This document shows positions 21,482 through 33,781 of a stretch of 64,000 bases of DNA, one piece after another. The notes under the pieces were generated by a model. The model was not told the origin of the DNA. It saw only the letters and a list, made by a program, of their open reading frames with translations, and searched no databases. The stretch is from Balamuthia mandrillaris (taxonomy: Eukaryota), in the NCBI GenBank assembly GCA_031835245.2, contig JAVKOQ020000062.1, forward strand, positions 62,001-126,000, written 5' to 3'. The translations under genes were made by a program, and so were the position numbers. Every line of letters begins with the position of its first letter. Position 1 is the first letter of the stretch.

Positions 21482-22864
21482 CTTTTGCTTTCAATCTAAT
21501 ATAAATAAACTTGCATACATCAGAATTTATATCCGCGGATGTATTATTGCCAGAGCGAAGACTGGAGACATTGGTGGTACAGGCCTTGGAGTTGCAAAAG
21601 GGCACCTGCCTTCATCACAACACAACAGACAACAGCATTTCTTTATTTGAGGATCATTTTTGTCCACGGTAACTCACTCCCTTTCTCCCTCTCAATGTAA
21701 TATATTTTAATGTTTCAAATTTCGCTGTTGTTAAAGGGATAAGATACCAAGCAAAGCAAAACATGAACTTAAACAGCATACCGATGAGGTTTGGTTCCTC
21801 CAATTTTCTCACGGTGGCAAGTTCTTGGCCTCAGCATCTAGAGATAAAACGGCTATTATTTGGATTTTGGAAGAAGATGTAAGCATCCTCTGTTTTCTCT
21901 TCTTTCTCGATTCTTTTGTTGTTTTTGCTCCCTATTCTCTCTCTCTCAATTACAATAATGCTAATTCTGGTGTGTTTAAACAAAACAGACGGTACGACCA
22001 CTGCACATACTTTCTGGTCATGAAAAGAGCACATGGTATTTATCGTGGAGCCCGGACGACCGGTTGCTTCTAACGAGCGGTCTTAACGACTCGACTGTAA
22101 GGTTGTGGGATGTAGAGACAGGGACATTGATGCATAGCTTCCAAAAACATACGGACGCGATAACAGCATGCGCGTGGATGCCCGACGGCAACTTTTTTGT
22201 AACGGGTGGCCTCGATCGACAAGTTTATGTCTGGGTATGTTCTTCCTTTCCTTCCGTTAAGCACTTAATCTCTTCTGATCAAAAAAGGAACTCTATTTTG
22301 TTTCTTGCTTTTATTTTGCTCACGGACAGAATGTACAAGGAGAATTCGTGAAGAGCTATGACATTGCTTCATCGGAAATCAACGACTTGGCGATAAGTCC
22401 TGATGGCAAATGGCTGGTTCTCGTTTGTCAAGAAATGCATCTCATCGTTCTTGACTTGGAAACCGACCAAAAGTTTACGTACGTTTTTCTTTCGTGTGTT
22501 GTTTCTTGTTTTATTCGTTTTATTCTAACAAAAGGAGGCATGTTAACAGTTTACCTGAGACGGAGGCGATTACATCGATAAGTATATCGGAGGACAGCAT
22601 GCACGTGCTGGTTAACATTTCTACACGAGAGATTCATCTTTGGAATCTTCTCTCGCGAATGATGGTTCAAAAGTACGAAGGCCAACAGCAGGGACGTTTC
22701 GTCATCCGCTCTTGCTTTGGCGGAGCGAACCAGGCATTTATTTTAAGCGGCAGTGAAGGTATCTTTCTATTTGCAGCCTTCTCTTTCTTATGTTCTGCAA
22801 TTATATCTGTCTCTTTCTCCTTTTCCCTCTCTCTCTCTCTCTCTCTTCGTCTCTCTTTCTCTTC

Positions 22865-22903
<39 letters not shown>

Positions 22904-23322
22904 CACTAACATCAACTTTAAAATGAATATCATTGAACACATTAGACAATAAGGTGTATATATGGAACAGAGAACACGGAACGTTGCTCTACGCATTGGA
23001 GGGGCACGAGGGCACCGTCAACTGCGTGAGCTGGAACCCAACCAATCCCTACCAATTCGCCTCCGCATCCGACGACCACACCATTCGCATTTGGGAGAGC
23101 GAGCGCTCTCAACAGTATCTTAACGAGCTTTTGTCCAGCAGCAACAGCAATACTGTTCAACAACAAACGCCAAAGAAGAGAAGAAAAGGAGAAAACAACA
23201 ACAATGGCAACTCCTCACATCACCACATGCTTCGGAGCTGCGAGGAAAAGGACAAGCAAAAGGAAGTGGAGAACGGATCGAACAGCAGTGGTGCACTTTC
23301 GTTGGAGAAGACCACATCGTAG
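20023..23322 (+). CDS. WDR26: WD repeat protein 26 / GID7 (LisH-CTLH-WD40; CTLH E3 complex subunit)
   Basis: [17 protein letters not shown] (LisH), [80 protein letters not shown]. The start is uncertain: ATG 20485 or further upstream. Confidence 0.9.
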
Positions 23323-23439
23323 TTCCTATTCTTTTTTTGTTTTTGTTTCGGGCACCTCCTGGATGCCTCTTATTGTTATTGCCACTTTTGTAGATATGTT
23401 ATTTCCCTCCAACTCTCCTTTTTTTCTATTGCCTTCTTG

Positions 23440-23477
<38 letters not shown>

Positions 23478-23583
23478 GAACTGGTTCTGCCTCTCTTTCA
23501 GAGTTGACCAGAAGAGAGAAAGAGAGAGACTCAACAAAAGAGAGACAGAACCAGCATACACAATACAAGAACCATTGTCTCAC

Positions 23584-26145
23584 TCACTTGAACTCTTGCG
23601 GAGAAAAAAAGGGATGTTGAAGAGCCTCTTCAAGCCGAGGTCGGTCTTTGGGTTTGATGGCCAGCATCCATCGGGCCAACTGGAAGGCCTCTTCGCAGCA
23701 GTGAGGAGAAGGGCGCCAGTACCGATTGGGACAACCAGGAGTGGGCAGGAAGGAGATGTATTCGAACTTGTGATCCTTCCTCTCTCTTTTGTTTGTTTGT
23801 TGTTGAACAGAAGAATGTCGTCAGTTGTTAACACCTCCAAAAGAAGTAGAAGATGAAGAAGAAAAACAGGAAGGTAAAGAAGAAAAGGGCGTACTCCAAA
23901 GCATCTATCCAATCACAAAGGTGGGACAGTGTCTTGCCAGGAGGCGCTTTGTGCAACCTCTTCACCATGGCAAGTGCAACATCATCGCGCTTGAGCCAGA
24001 TGCACAATAACTTTTGAGGGATTGCATTGAGTTGAGCAAAGAAGTGTGGAGATTCAGATGCAAGGGGATGGAGCATACCCCCTCCAACAAAACGATTCCA
24101 GCGCTCCACACATCGATGGCGCTGCTGGCTCTGACAACAGCTTCTCCGCTGTGAAGCTCCGGCGGGGTGTATCCTGGCGTCCACCCCGTTTTACCAATAC
24201 ACAGTGAGTGATCGAAATCTATCAGCACCGTTCTCTGTAGGTTGATGCAACCCCTCCGATTGTTATTGGTAGCACCAACGGTGATAAAACAAACGACAAC
24301 AAACAGCACAGCGGAACCAACAGCACGAAACAAAAAACCAAAGAGCAAACCCTAGCAGCGGTAAAAATGATGTTGGCGGCCTTCACGTCGTGATGAACAA
24401 TGCCTTTCCGCTCACATTGCAAAAGTGCCTGTTGATGCATTCGGAACAGAAGGGACATTTAGCCTTTGCGATTCGCAACACATAGGACATGAAGCGAGGA
24501 AGCATGTGGAACTACCTTCAAAAGCTGGGAAAAATATCCACGAAACATCTCCGATGTGACAGATGGATCGTTGAGAGGAACGGATGGACCCAAGTATTGT
24601 AACACCAGCTCGTCATCTGTGGTCTCGCCGTACAATCGCACAATGCCCTCGCAGCCACGCAAAGCTTGCAAAGCTTCGCACTCCTGGTCCTGCCTGCTGT
24701 AATTTTCATCGGCCCGTCTTTTCAGCGCAACCACTTCTCCTGTTTGCTGGTTCTTAGCCAGTTGGATTTCCACTCTTCGGCTCTGTAGCATAACACACTC
24801 CATAAGCTACAGTTGAGATAGGGATAGAGAAGAGAGGACAAGCCTTGCTTATGAAGTCAGGCAGCAAATCGAATTTTTGGTTGTTTTCCAAGCACTCAAC
24901 TACATGGCAGTTGTTGTAGTTGTTGTTGTTGTTTTCGTTCTTGTTCTCAGTGTTATTGTAGTCGTCGTCCTTCTCCTCCTCGCCTTCGTCAGAGTAAGGC
25001 GATGTTGTTGGCTCACAACTACGTGGGATATCTGTAATGCGGTGTTCTCCTGCTCTAAACGAGTAATAGTTGGCAAACAGGATAAAGTTTGCTGGCTCTT
25101 TCAGGGACGATGCTAGATGTAGGCCGTGCAATCGTAGGTACCATAGTGCACGGAAGATAAGAAGAAGCTGGTCCCCTGTGATGTTTATAGTCAGTCAGGT
25201 TTAAAGTAAAATGGAAGATACATCTCGTAGCACAATGCGTTGCTGTTCATCGAGTGGCGGTAAGTTAGGCTTCTTTAATGAATGAACGTTAGAGGAAGCA
25301 TACATATCTGCGGTGCTAGTGGAGGGGTGCGTTTGATGCTAGATGGTAATAAAGCCCAAGTACACGCCATCACAGATGCTCAGGTTTTCCACGTTTATAC
25401 GCGTCTTCATGAAGCCCAGGTCAAAGCTCGAAGAAGGGAAGGCGTCTTTGCTCAGTCCCACTATTCCATCACGTTGGCTTCGCAGATAATCTGCTGCTTC
25501 AGAAGGAGGCTCATCGTCTACTAGTCCACCTCCCCTGTTCTTCGGAAGAACAGGGACCAGTTAGTTTAAAGTAACAGCAAAACAAAAGAAGGAGCAAGAA
25601 CCATGCTATTGCCAGAGAAGGGGCACCAACTCGAAAGCAGGAATACAGGGCAGGATTGAGCTCATGCTTGCAGGGAGCATCAGCCTGTACAGCGTCGTCA
25701 GCGTTTGCGAAATTGGAGCGCAGGAGATCAAGCAACGTCGAAAGGCAACATGTAAAGGCATCGTCTGTTGTGCTGAAGGTAAGCAGCTTTGGGAGCCACG
25801 TGTAAAAGTCGTAAACTTCATCTCTGAACCTCAAACGAAACCTTGGCTGTATTCAACTGTGTAAGAAACCGAAGTAACACGGATAAAAACACTTACAATG
25901 CTTGGTGGCTCAGGCATGTATCTTCGTAGCTCTGACTCAAAAGCGGTGCCCACACGAAAGTGGCGGTGCCCGTACAAGGCGGACACCCACCAACAAAAAG
26001 AGTTTCCGTGATAGTCCACCACCACCCGGCCGTCCTCCCCCATTCTCATGTCTCTAATAGGTTCAATGCTGAGAGCGCGCAGCTGCTGCTCCGACAAGGC
26101 TGTACGCTTTCCTCCCAACGGAGCGGTAGGCTCCATTGAAGCCAT
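23584..26145 (-). pseudogene. Ser/Thr protein kinase with long N-terminal region; probable nonsense codon
   Basis: VVALK, HHDVKAANII, LIDFD, TPGYTPPE, DVWSAG, DRPRLEEALQHPFF across several exons. An in-frame TAG at 25339-25341 lies in an exon conserved with the neighbouring paralogue. Could be intact if spliced differently. Confidence 0.75.
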
Positions 26146-26229
26146 CCGATGACTCCCGTCCCTTCGTTCAAAATGTCGACAAGCAGAACTCTTTCCTCAT
26201 GAGAAGAGATGAGAGAGAGAGGGAGATGC

Positions 26230-26269
<40 letters not shown>

Positions 26270-26359
26270 CAGAGAGAGGGAGAGAGACTGCATCTTCCTT
26301 TCTTTATGCGCAAAACTAGAAGGATTATACAATAAAGCAAGACCGAACCAGCAATGAAA

Positions 26360-27433
26360 AATTACTTTCTGCCACTATGAAGCTTCGGCGGGTGTAACCC
26401 GGCGTGCATCGGCTGCTGGTGAATTTGTGTTGACTTACAAACAGCGGATGATCGAAGTCTATCAACACGGTTCTCTGTATCCGTTGCAGCCACAAAAAGC
26501 AAAATAAAAATGGTGAAAGAAAACAACCTTATCGGCTTTGAAGATAATGTTGGTGGACTTCACGTCATGATGGACGATGCCTTTACGTTCACATTCCAAC
26601 AGCGCCTGCAGGAGGGAACTCAGAACAAAGGATGATAGAGAGAGGATATACCTTCAACAGTTGGTAAAAGTAAGCGCGAAACATCGTTACGGATGGATCG
26701 TTGGGAGGAACGGAGTGGTCCAAGTACTCCAACACCAAGCTGCCGCATTCGGTCTCGCCGTACAATTGCACGATGCCCTCACAACCACGCAAGGCTTGCA
26801 AAGCATCATGCTCTTGTTCCTGTTTGCTCACCTTTCCGTCTCGGCGTATTTTCAGGACCACCAACTCTCCGCTCTGAAGGTTTTCGGCCAGTTGCACCTC
26901 CACTCTTCGGCTCTGTACACCAAAAAATCTTTCTCTTAGTGTGTTGGGACAACAGTCTGAAACGGTGAATGCACGGTTGCAGAGCCGCAAAACCAGATGT
27001 GGATGATATCTTCCTTCATCTACCTCAGACAAAACAAACGAAACTGGCATCCGGCCCAGTAGATGCCGAATGCAAGAGGGTAGCTCATCTTGATCTTTTG
27101 TTGTTTCTTGCAGAGGAGACACATCTCCTAACATAAAGTAATACTGGTCAGGTAGACATGTTCAGCCACGTTTGAGCAGAGGAAAGGAAGAGAAAGCAAG
27201 CATACGTACACGTCATCGGTGCTGTTGGACGATTACTTCTTGTGCTTGATTGCAACAAACCCGAAATTCACACCTTCACAGGCACGCAAGTCCGTCCCAT
27301 AAGGATTCGTACCATGCAAGGCGGTTGAGGCATGTAACCTTTTAGCTCCGCTTCGAAGGCGGTGCTCACACAAAAATGTTGGCTGGTATCCACCAACTGA
27401 AGGAGTTTGACCAGATATTACGATGTACTCCAT
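26360..27433 (-). pseudogene. Truncated tandem paralogue of the same kinase
   Basis: QSRRVEVQLA..LQALRGCEGIV, ALLECERKGIVHHDVKSTNII, RTVLIDFDH, with the same intron positions. Breaks off after TPGYT. In-frame TAA at 27233-27235. Confidence 0.82.
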
Positions 27434-27445
27434 CCTTTGCTTCTT

Positions 27446-27742
27446 TTCTCTGCTCTCTGCTCTCTGCTCTCTGCTCTCTGCTCTCTGCTCTCTGCTCTCT
27501 GCTCTCTGCTCTCTGCTCTCTGCTCTCTGCTCTCTGCTCTCTGCTCTCTGCTCTCTGCTCTCTCTGCTCTCTGCTCTCTGCTCTCTGCTCTCTGCTCTCT
27601 GCTCTCTGCTCTGCTCTCTGCTCTCTGCTCTCTGCTCTCTGCTCTCTGCTCTCTGCTCTCTGCTCTTTCCTCTCTCCTCTCTCTCCTCTCTCCTCTCTCT
27701 CCTCTCTCCTCTCTCCTCTCTTCTGTCTCCTCTCTCCTCTCT
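27446..27742. repeat. (CTCTCTG)n heptamer microsatellite followed by a CT tract
   Basis: Seen directly. Confidence 0.95.
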
Positions 27743-27806
27743 CACCTTCCACCAATGCTAACGACCATCAGTGAAAAGTTTCGGTTTATCGGAGACAGCT
27801 GAAAAA

Positions 27807-29718
27807 TTAATCATCTCGCCATGTTACCTCCACATCATCCGTCCTGTATCTGCCAACCCACCAACAACACAATGTCAAAAAATGAGCAACAGCAACACAA
27901 CATAAAACACCAAACCAAAACAAAAACAAACGAACGTCTATAGCCAACACAAAATGAACAAAATAGATATGAAGCAAACCTTTGTGTGCACCAAGTGTCT
28001 TCTAGTGGCGTTGTTTGGCCTGATTGGTGTTGTAATAATCCTGTCCACGCTATCATTGCTCCATTATCAATGCAGTATCTATTTATCACTCGCTTTCAGT
28101 AAAGAAGAAGCAGAACAAAAAGAACAATACGAATAAGAACAAGAAGCAGACAATAATACAACATACCTGTCGTCCATACCGCAAACGCGCCCACCTCTCT
28201 CAGCAACCATTTGGCCCATCATTTCTTGTAAACGTTCGTTACCTGTTATCCAACAAAGAGTGCAAGGAATCTCAGGAGAAGAACAAAAAAGATGGAAGAA
28301 ACAGAACGTACATCCAACACCGCCAACAATCAACACTTCAGATTGGCCGCAATGCGCCATCGCACGTTCTGTTATCTCCACCAACATCGCAAAGATTGTT
28401 TCTTTTTACAAAACTGAATGTCAATAGGGAGAACAGAAAGGAAAGCAAAAAACCGAACAAACGAGAGGGAGATGAAGAAGCCAAAGAAAGAGTTTGGTCA
28501 CCTTGAAGAGAAAAGCAGAGGTCCTCCACTGTACAGAGGCCTTTTGCCAACTGTTCGTTGGCGACATCGGAGATGGCGCTGAGAATACCTGAAAATGAGA
28601 CATCCATCCCTTTGACCACATAGGGCAGTTCAATGTATTTCTTTCCCCTTTGTGTATGTTTGCTGTTTAGGAGCAAGCCAAAGAGAAAACAGAGCGAGAG
28701 AAATGAGAGAAGAAATACTTTTTTGCCATCTGTTCAATGTTATAGCCAGGGCTGGGGTCATTGGACAAGTTCACGATGCGCGCAAACCTATCCAGGCAGT
28801 TGCCCACCGCGATGTCGATGGTTTCTCCAAAGATGCGGTACCGCTTTAACGAGTAGGCGATGACCTGAGTGTTGCCTCCGCTGACGTAAAGCACCACTGG
28901 GTTCTGTGCCTTGGTTACCAGTCTTCCCATTTCTATGTCTATTTTTTTTTTTTTTTTTGTTGAAAAGCTTTGTTGGAAGAAAGAAACGAGAAGAAGAGGA
29001 GAGCAGCAAGCATACGAGCTACACAATGGTTGACCGCAATGATGGGCTTCTTCCAAAGCTGAGCAACCGTTCGAACAACGATAGCCACCGACCTCAGCGG
29101 CGCTCCCATCCCTGGCCCTGCACACAACAAAAAATGGGAACCATGAGTTTAGCAGCCATCGCAACAACCTCTTTCTTTTTGGTCTGCTTTTCTCTCCTTC
29201 TGTCCTTCGGAGGCTTCCTTTGGAGGAAGGAAGACCAAACCTTTGGTATACGCGATGGCATCGATCTCTTTTGGTGTTAAATTGGCTTCTTTCAACGCCT
29301 GCGCGAGCTGTTGTTGTTCATGTAAGAACGAAGAAGTACGAGGAAGAACGAACAAGAAGAAGAAGAACAAGAAGAAGAAGAAGAAGAACAAGAACAAGAA
29401 GAACAAGAAGAAGAAGAAGAAGAAGAAGAAGAACAAGAACAAGAACAAGAACAAGAACAAGAACAAGAACAAGAACAAGAACAAGAAGAACAATAAGAAG
29501 AACAAGAAGAAGAAACAAAGAGTAAAAAAGAGGAGTAAAGAGGGCCAAACCAAAGGCAACACGTGTTGTTGGTGATGGTGCGCCGTGTCACGGGGCAAGA
29601 AACCAGTTCCAGGAGGGGTCACATACGTGTGTCGCACGTTGGCGAGGATGTTGCCCTCGCCGTCCACAATGCCCACGCCGATCTTGTTGGCGCTCCCCTC
29701 AAAGCCGACCACTATCAT
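27807..29718 (-). CDS. OSGEP: tRNA N6-adenosine threonylcarbamoyltransferase (Kae1/OSGEP, KEOPS subunit)
   Basis: [98 protein letters not shown]. Confidence 0.97.
29345..29515. repeat. Intronic (AAG)n/(AAGAAC)n microsatellite
   Basis: Seen directly inside OSGEP intron 1. Confidence 0.9.
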
Positions 29719-30013
29719 TCTCTCTCCTCCTTCTTGCCGATATTCTCTCTTTCGTTCTCTGTTTATTGTTGGATTTGGAAAGTATCGTTAAGCCATGAAC
29801 AATTATCGGTAGAAACTCGAGAAATCGCAAATAGGCAACCAAATAATTGTCGATAGGTGTGCCAATTGTAAGCTGTTTATTGGCTGAAAGGCTGAATTTT
29901 TCTCGACATCCACATAACTATGAAAAAATCGCAATATATGTTGCTTATATCCGATTATTTGCAGCTGAATTGTCTTGTGTCCCCTCTGCCTTCTCCCACC
30001 GCTACCAGCGAAC

Positions 30014-30175
30014 CTTACCTGCAGAGTTTGGACAGCTTGCCGCCCTCACTCACTGCGACTCGCTCCTTCAACCCCTTGACAGCCTTTCCCTGCCGAGTTT
30101 GGCCAGCTTGCCGCCCTCACCCACTGCGATCTCAACAATAACTCAGACTCTCTTGGGCAGCTGTCCACCGCAGGC
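30014..30175 (+). pseudogene. Leucine-rich-repeat gene fragment (two degenerate LRR units)
   Basis: Direct repeats at 30024 and 30095 each encode PAEFGQLAALTHCD. The spacing is 71 nt, so the units are out of frame. Confidence 0.65.
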
Positions 30176-30253
30176 TCGGTTTTATCATTTGGTACCCATG
30201 TGCTCTTTGTTGCCAATACTTTCTCCTTTCTTTTTTGTTGTTAGAGCGAAAAG

Positions 30254-32816
30254 TCAAGACCCGCCAACAATTCCTTTGAACAGGTCCACCAGTCTATCCG
30301 AAGAGTCACGGGGAGAGGCCTGATGGTACGTCTGCAGGCGCTTCACTATCTCTTGGAATGAAGGCCTAAGGCGGACGGCAGAAGAAAGAGTGTCAAAACA
30401 CAGAAATAGCTCACACAAAGAGATACGGAGAGTAACATCGACACAAACCGTTTTTTCGGATTCTTGTGCCAACAGTCTTTGATGAGAGCAGCAAACTTTT
30501 TGGGGCAGTCAAGAGGAATGACCGGCCGTTTGTGGTTCCATCCTACTTGTTTCCTTATCTCCGCTGTATTGAAATCAGCGAAGGGCACTTGCTGTGTTAT
30601 CATCTCCCAACATATCATTCCAAAACTGTACACATCACTTTTGTAGTTGTGGTCGTGGTTTTGCCTAAGGGTTAAATGTTGCAAACATAACGAAGGTAAG
30701 AAATGTAACATACACTTTTTCAGTATAAGGCTCTCCTCGTAATAACTCGGGTGCCATCCTGGTCAGTTGAAAGTTAAGAAATGAAAATGGTAAAAAGCAA
30801 GAAAAGAAGGGAGAAAGAAGAACACAAGACTAACAGGCAAAAGACGAAAAGTAAGGAAGCAAACCAATTAGGGGTGCCACACGACGTTTTTGCCAAAGAG
30901 CCTTTCTGCTTTATCTTGCTGAGCCCTTATGGATCACCAAACAACAGTGTTAATTCCTCATCATTTCAGCACATAGAAAGTAGACTTACCGAAATCGCAT
31001 ATCTTGACGTTGTAATGCATGTCCACCAACAAGTTCAAACTCTTCACATCTCGATGGAGTATATCTCGGCTATGGAGATATCCCAAACCAAGAGCAGCAT
31101 CGAGGGCCATTTTCAACACCAACTCAAACGGAAAAGCTTTGTTCGATGTGGTTTGTGGTGTTGTCGCTGACGAAGAAGGGTTATTTTGGTGATCTATAAG
31201 AGCTTTCACGTGTGACGGCGTTCTGGGTCTTACGTTTAAGAGGGGTGGTTCGTTGTTGTGATTATTGTTGAGGCTGATAACTTGATGTTGTTGTGTTTGT
31301 TTTGCGTTTGTTTGTTGCTGTTGTTGTACTTGTTGCCCTGAAGTTCGTCCAATTGATATCTTTTTCAACCATTGCCTTGTTTTCGGTTTGTTGCCATTTT
31401 CTTCCGTTTTGCCGTTCTTTCTTTTCTTGTTATCTGCTTTTTCTTCTTTATTTTCCTCTCCTTCTTCCTTTTCTTTGTCTTTCTCCTCTGTCATATATCG
31501 ACCCGAGCTTTTTTCTTCTCCCTCTTTTACCCGTTCTCTTGGAGAGAGCATTGGCGTTTCCTCGTTTTTCGCTGGCAACCATCCATATCTGTAGCCAAGG
31601 CTGCCATCGTAGCCCTCTTTGAGAACATGAAACAAGCTGCCACGTGGCATCCACTCTGTAACTATACATAAATGCGGTGGTTGAACACATGCTCCCATAA
31701 ATAATACCACTGCAATGATTTGGATTCAAGTAAATGAAGAGAATGATAAGACAGACCTTAAATTGCATTCAAGAGAGAGAGAGAGAGGGAGAGGGAGGGA
31801 GAGAGAGAGAGGGAGAGAGAGAGAGAGAGAGGGGGGGAGAACCTTGAGGATGCCGAAGCTTGCTCATTAGAACAATCTCATCTCGGAAATCTCGTATTAG
31901 TGCCTCATCCAAGATATGCATCGGAAAAAGCACCTTCTTTACAGCCACACATTGACCATGCCATTCCTTTTTGTTAACGGCGAGACATAAAAGCATTAAG
32001 ATAAGCGTGAAAGAGAACCGGAGGAAAGCGAAAGAGACACTATGAAAGAGAGACATACGCCTTTGTACACTTCTCCAAAACTACCAACTCCAACACGCTC
32101 GGACAAGGATAGTTCCGAGTAGTCGATTTCCCAGTCAAAGGGACACTCTACTTGAGCCTCTTCTTCCGCTTTCAATCCAGAGGGCGAGCCGCTTTCCTTC
32201 AAAGCCACGTTTAACAAACCTGCCACTCTATTTCGTTCAATCTTCGCTGTTTCTGTCTCTTCGTCTGATATTTTGTTGGCGGTTGGACCATCAGTTTCTT
32301 CTGTCTTTGTTCGTGTCGCAGTTGAGTCACTCCATAAGCCTCTAACGCTGGGTGGCGTTGCCGATAATACTTCCCGAAAATTGAATTGTTGCCACATCAA
32401 AAGCCAGTAGCCACCTCCCAATAGCACACACCACGCCGTTAACTCCCATACCAAGTCTGCGTTCATTCAACAATTAGTCGAGTGAGAGAACTAAAGCACG
32501 AGAGAGAAGAATAGAAGATAGAATTTACCCCAACGAAGGATGAGAACCCCGCATAAAAAGAGGGCAATGGCCACTCTTAGAAATGAAGTTGCAAGCTTGT
32601 TGTTCTGTCTTGCTTTGAAATGGAGATGGGCCAACAAGCAGATGGCAACGACAGGAAGCAAGAGACGCGTCACAAGCCGAAGCAGAAAAGAGACCATTGC
32701 CGAGAAGCGACTTGTTGTTACTTGTACCTCTTGTATGCCCCCTCCATTCTCTTCTACCTCATCAGCTTAAGAAGTAAACAACCCATACAAGAAAGCTGGT
32801 CAGTTGAGAGAGGTGG

Positions 32817-32858
<42 letters not shown>

Positions 32859-33504
32859 CTCACCCAAACGAAGCACTTCCGTGAGCTTGAGGCAATAAGG
32901 GCTGGCATAGACATAATTGGCTGAGTACAGGCCAACATACCACGTGGTAACCCCAGCAGAAGCAGCAGCACTCCTCGTCCTCACCGTCAGCAGCAACGAG
33001 GCGGTGGTCCCTGGTTGCCCTTGGCCCTGATCCTTGCGGGTTGCTGGGGTCGGCTCCACCACCTGAAGCATGGAACCACCTTCACCTGCGGTGGCTGTTG
33101 TATTGTCCCGAGTGTTGGCCTTCAGATCAAAGGACTGAGCGGTGGGAAGAGCGTCTTTGTGGAGGTACAACACGACATCATCTCCTCGTGCGGTCCGCGA
33201 CAGGTGGAAGCTCAGTTCGGTTTCTGTCCCTCCTCGAGCTGTTGGTTTTCGAGAGAGGAAAAAAACACCAAAGGTAGGTTAGTTGCCAAGTTGGGGTGGG
33301 CAACAACAAAAAAAAAAGCAGGAAAACGAAACTGATGGCTTTGCTTTGAAAAGAAAAGTACTTCCAGCTGTCTCTGAGCAAACCGCCTACATGCCCGCAA
33401 GCCTCTTGTCCGGGTACCAAACGCTGCACCGCCGCGCGAGTGGGACCAGCTGCGACCAACAGGCAGAACGCCAATAAGGACACCCAGGCAACTCGCCGCA
33501 GCAT
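30254..33504 (-). CDS. Receptor-like TKL-family protein kinase (signal peptide, ectodomain, about 3 TM helices, kinase)
   Basis: MLRRVAWVSLLAFCLLVAAG signal; WEIDYSEL..VGVGSFGEVYK, VAVKK, LFMGACVQPPHLCIVTEWM, HRDVKSLNLL, SDVYSFGMICWE, CWHKNPKKRPSF. Confidence 0.92.
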
Positions 33505-33781
33505 CCGTCCTCTCCTTCCTGCTCTTCCGCTTCTTTTTAAAACTTCAAAACAATAAACACCCGAAGTTCAGCGGTTCAGCGTGCAAGGTCAAATTTGGAA
33601 GCTATGTAGGAGGTGAATTGGACAGTTTTTCTCAGGGTTTAGACGCCTTCGCTGTGCTAAGATGTAATATGTGGTGGAATGCAACAAATGTAAAATATGT
33701 GCTATAGGGAAGGGGGAATAGGCGGCGTCAGAAGAATAGGGCAAGCGTTGGCCTCTCCTCTTGGGTTTGGTGTGTGTATGC

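Noticed and set aside
25533..25555. Perfect 11-bp palindrome CCCTGTTCTTC-G-GAAGAACAGGG at a kinase splice acceptor
   Set aside because: Single occurrence with no supporting evidence for function, and not a terminator in this context.
27446..27742. CRISPR-like or telomeric array
   Set aside because: It is a contiguous short-unit repeat without unique spacers, internal to the contig, in a eukaryotic context.
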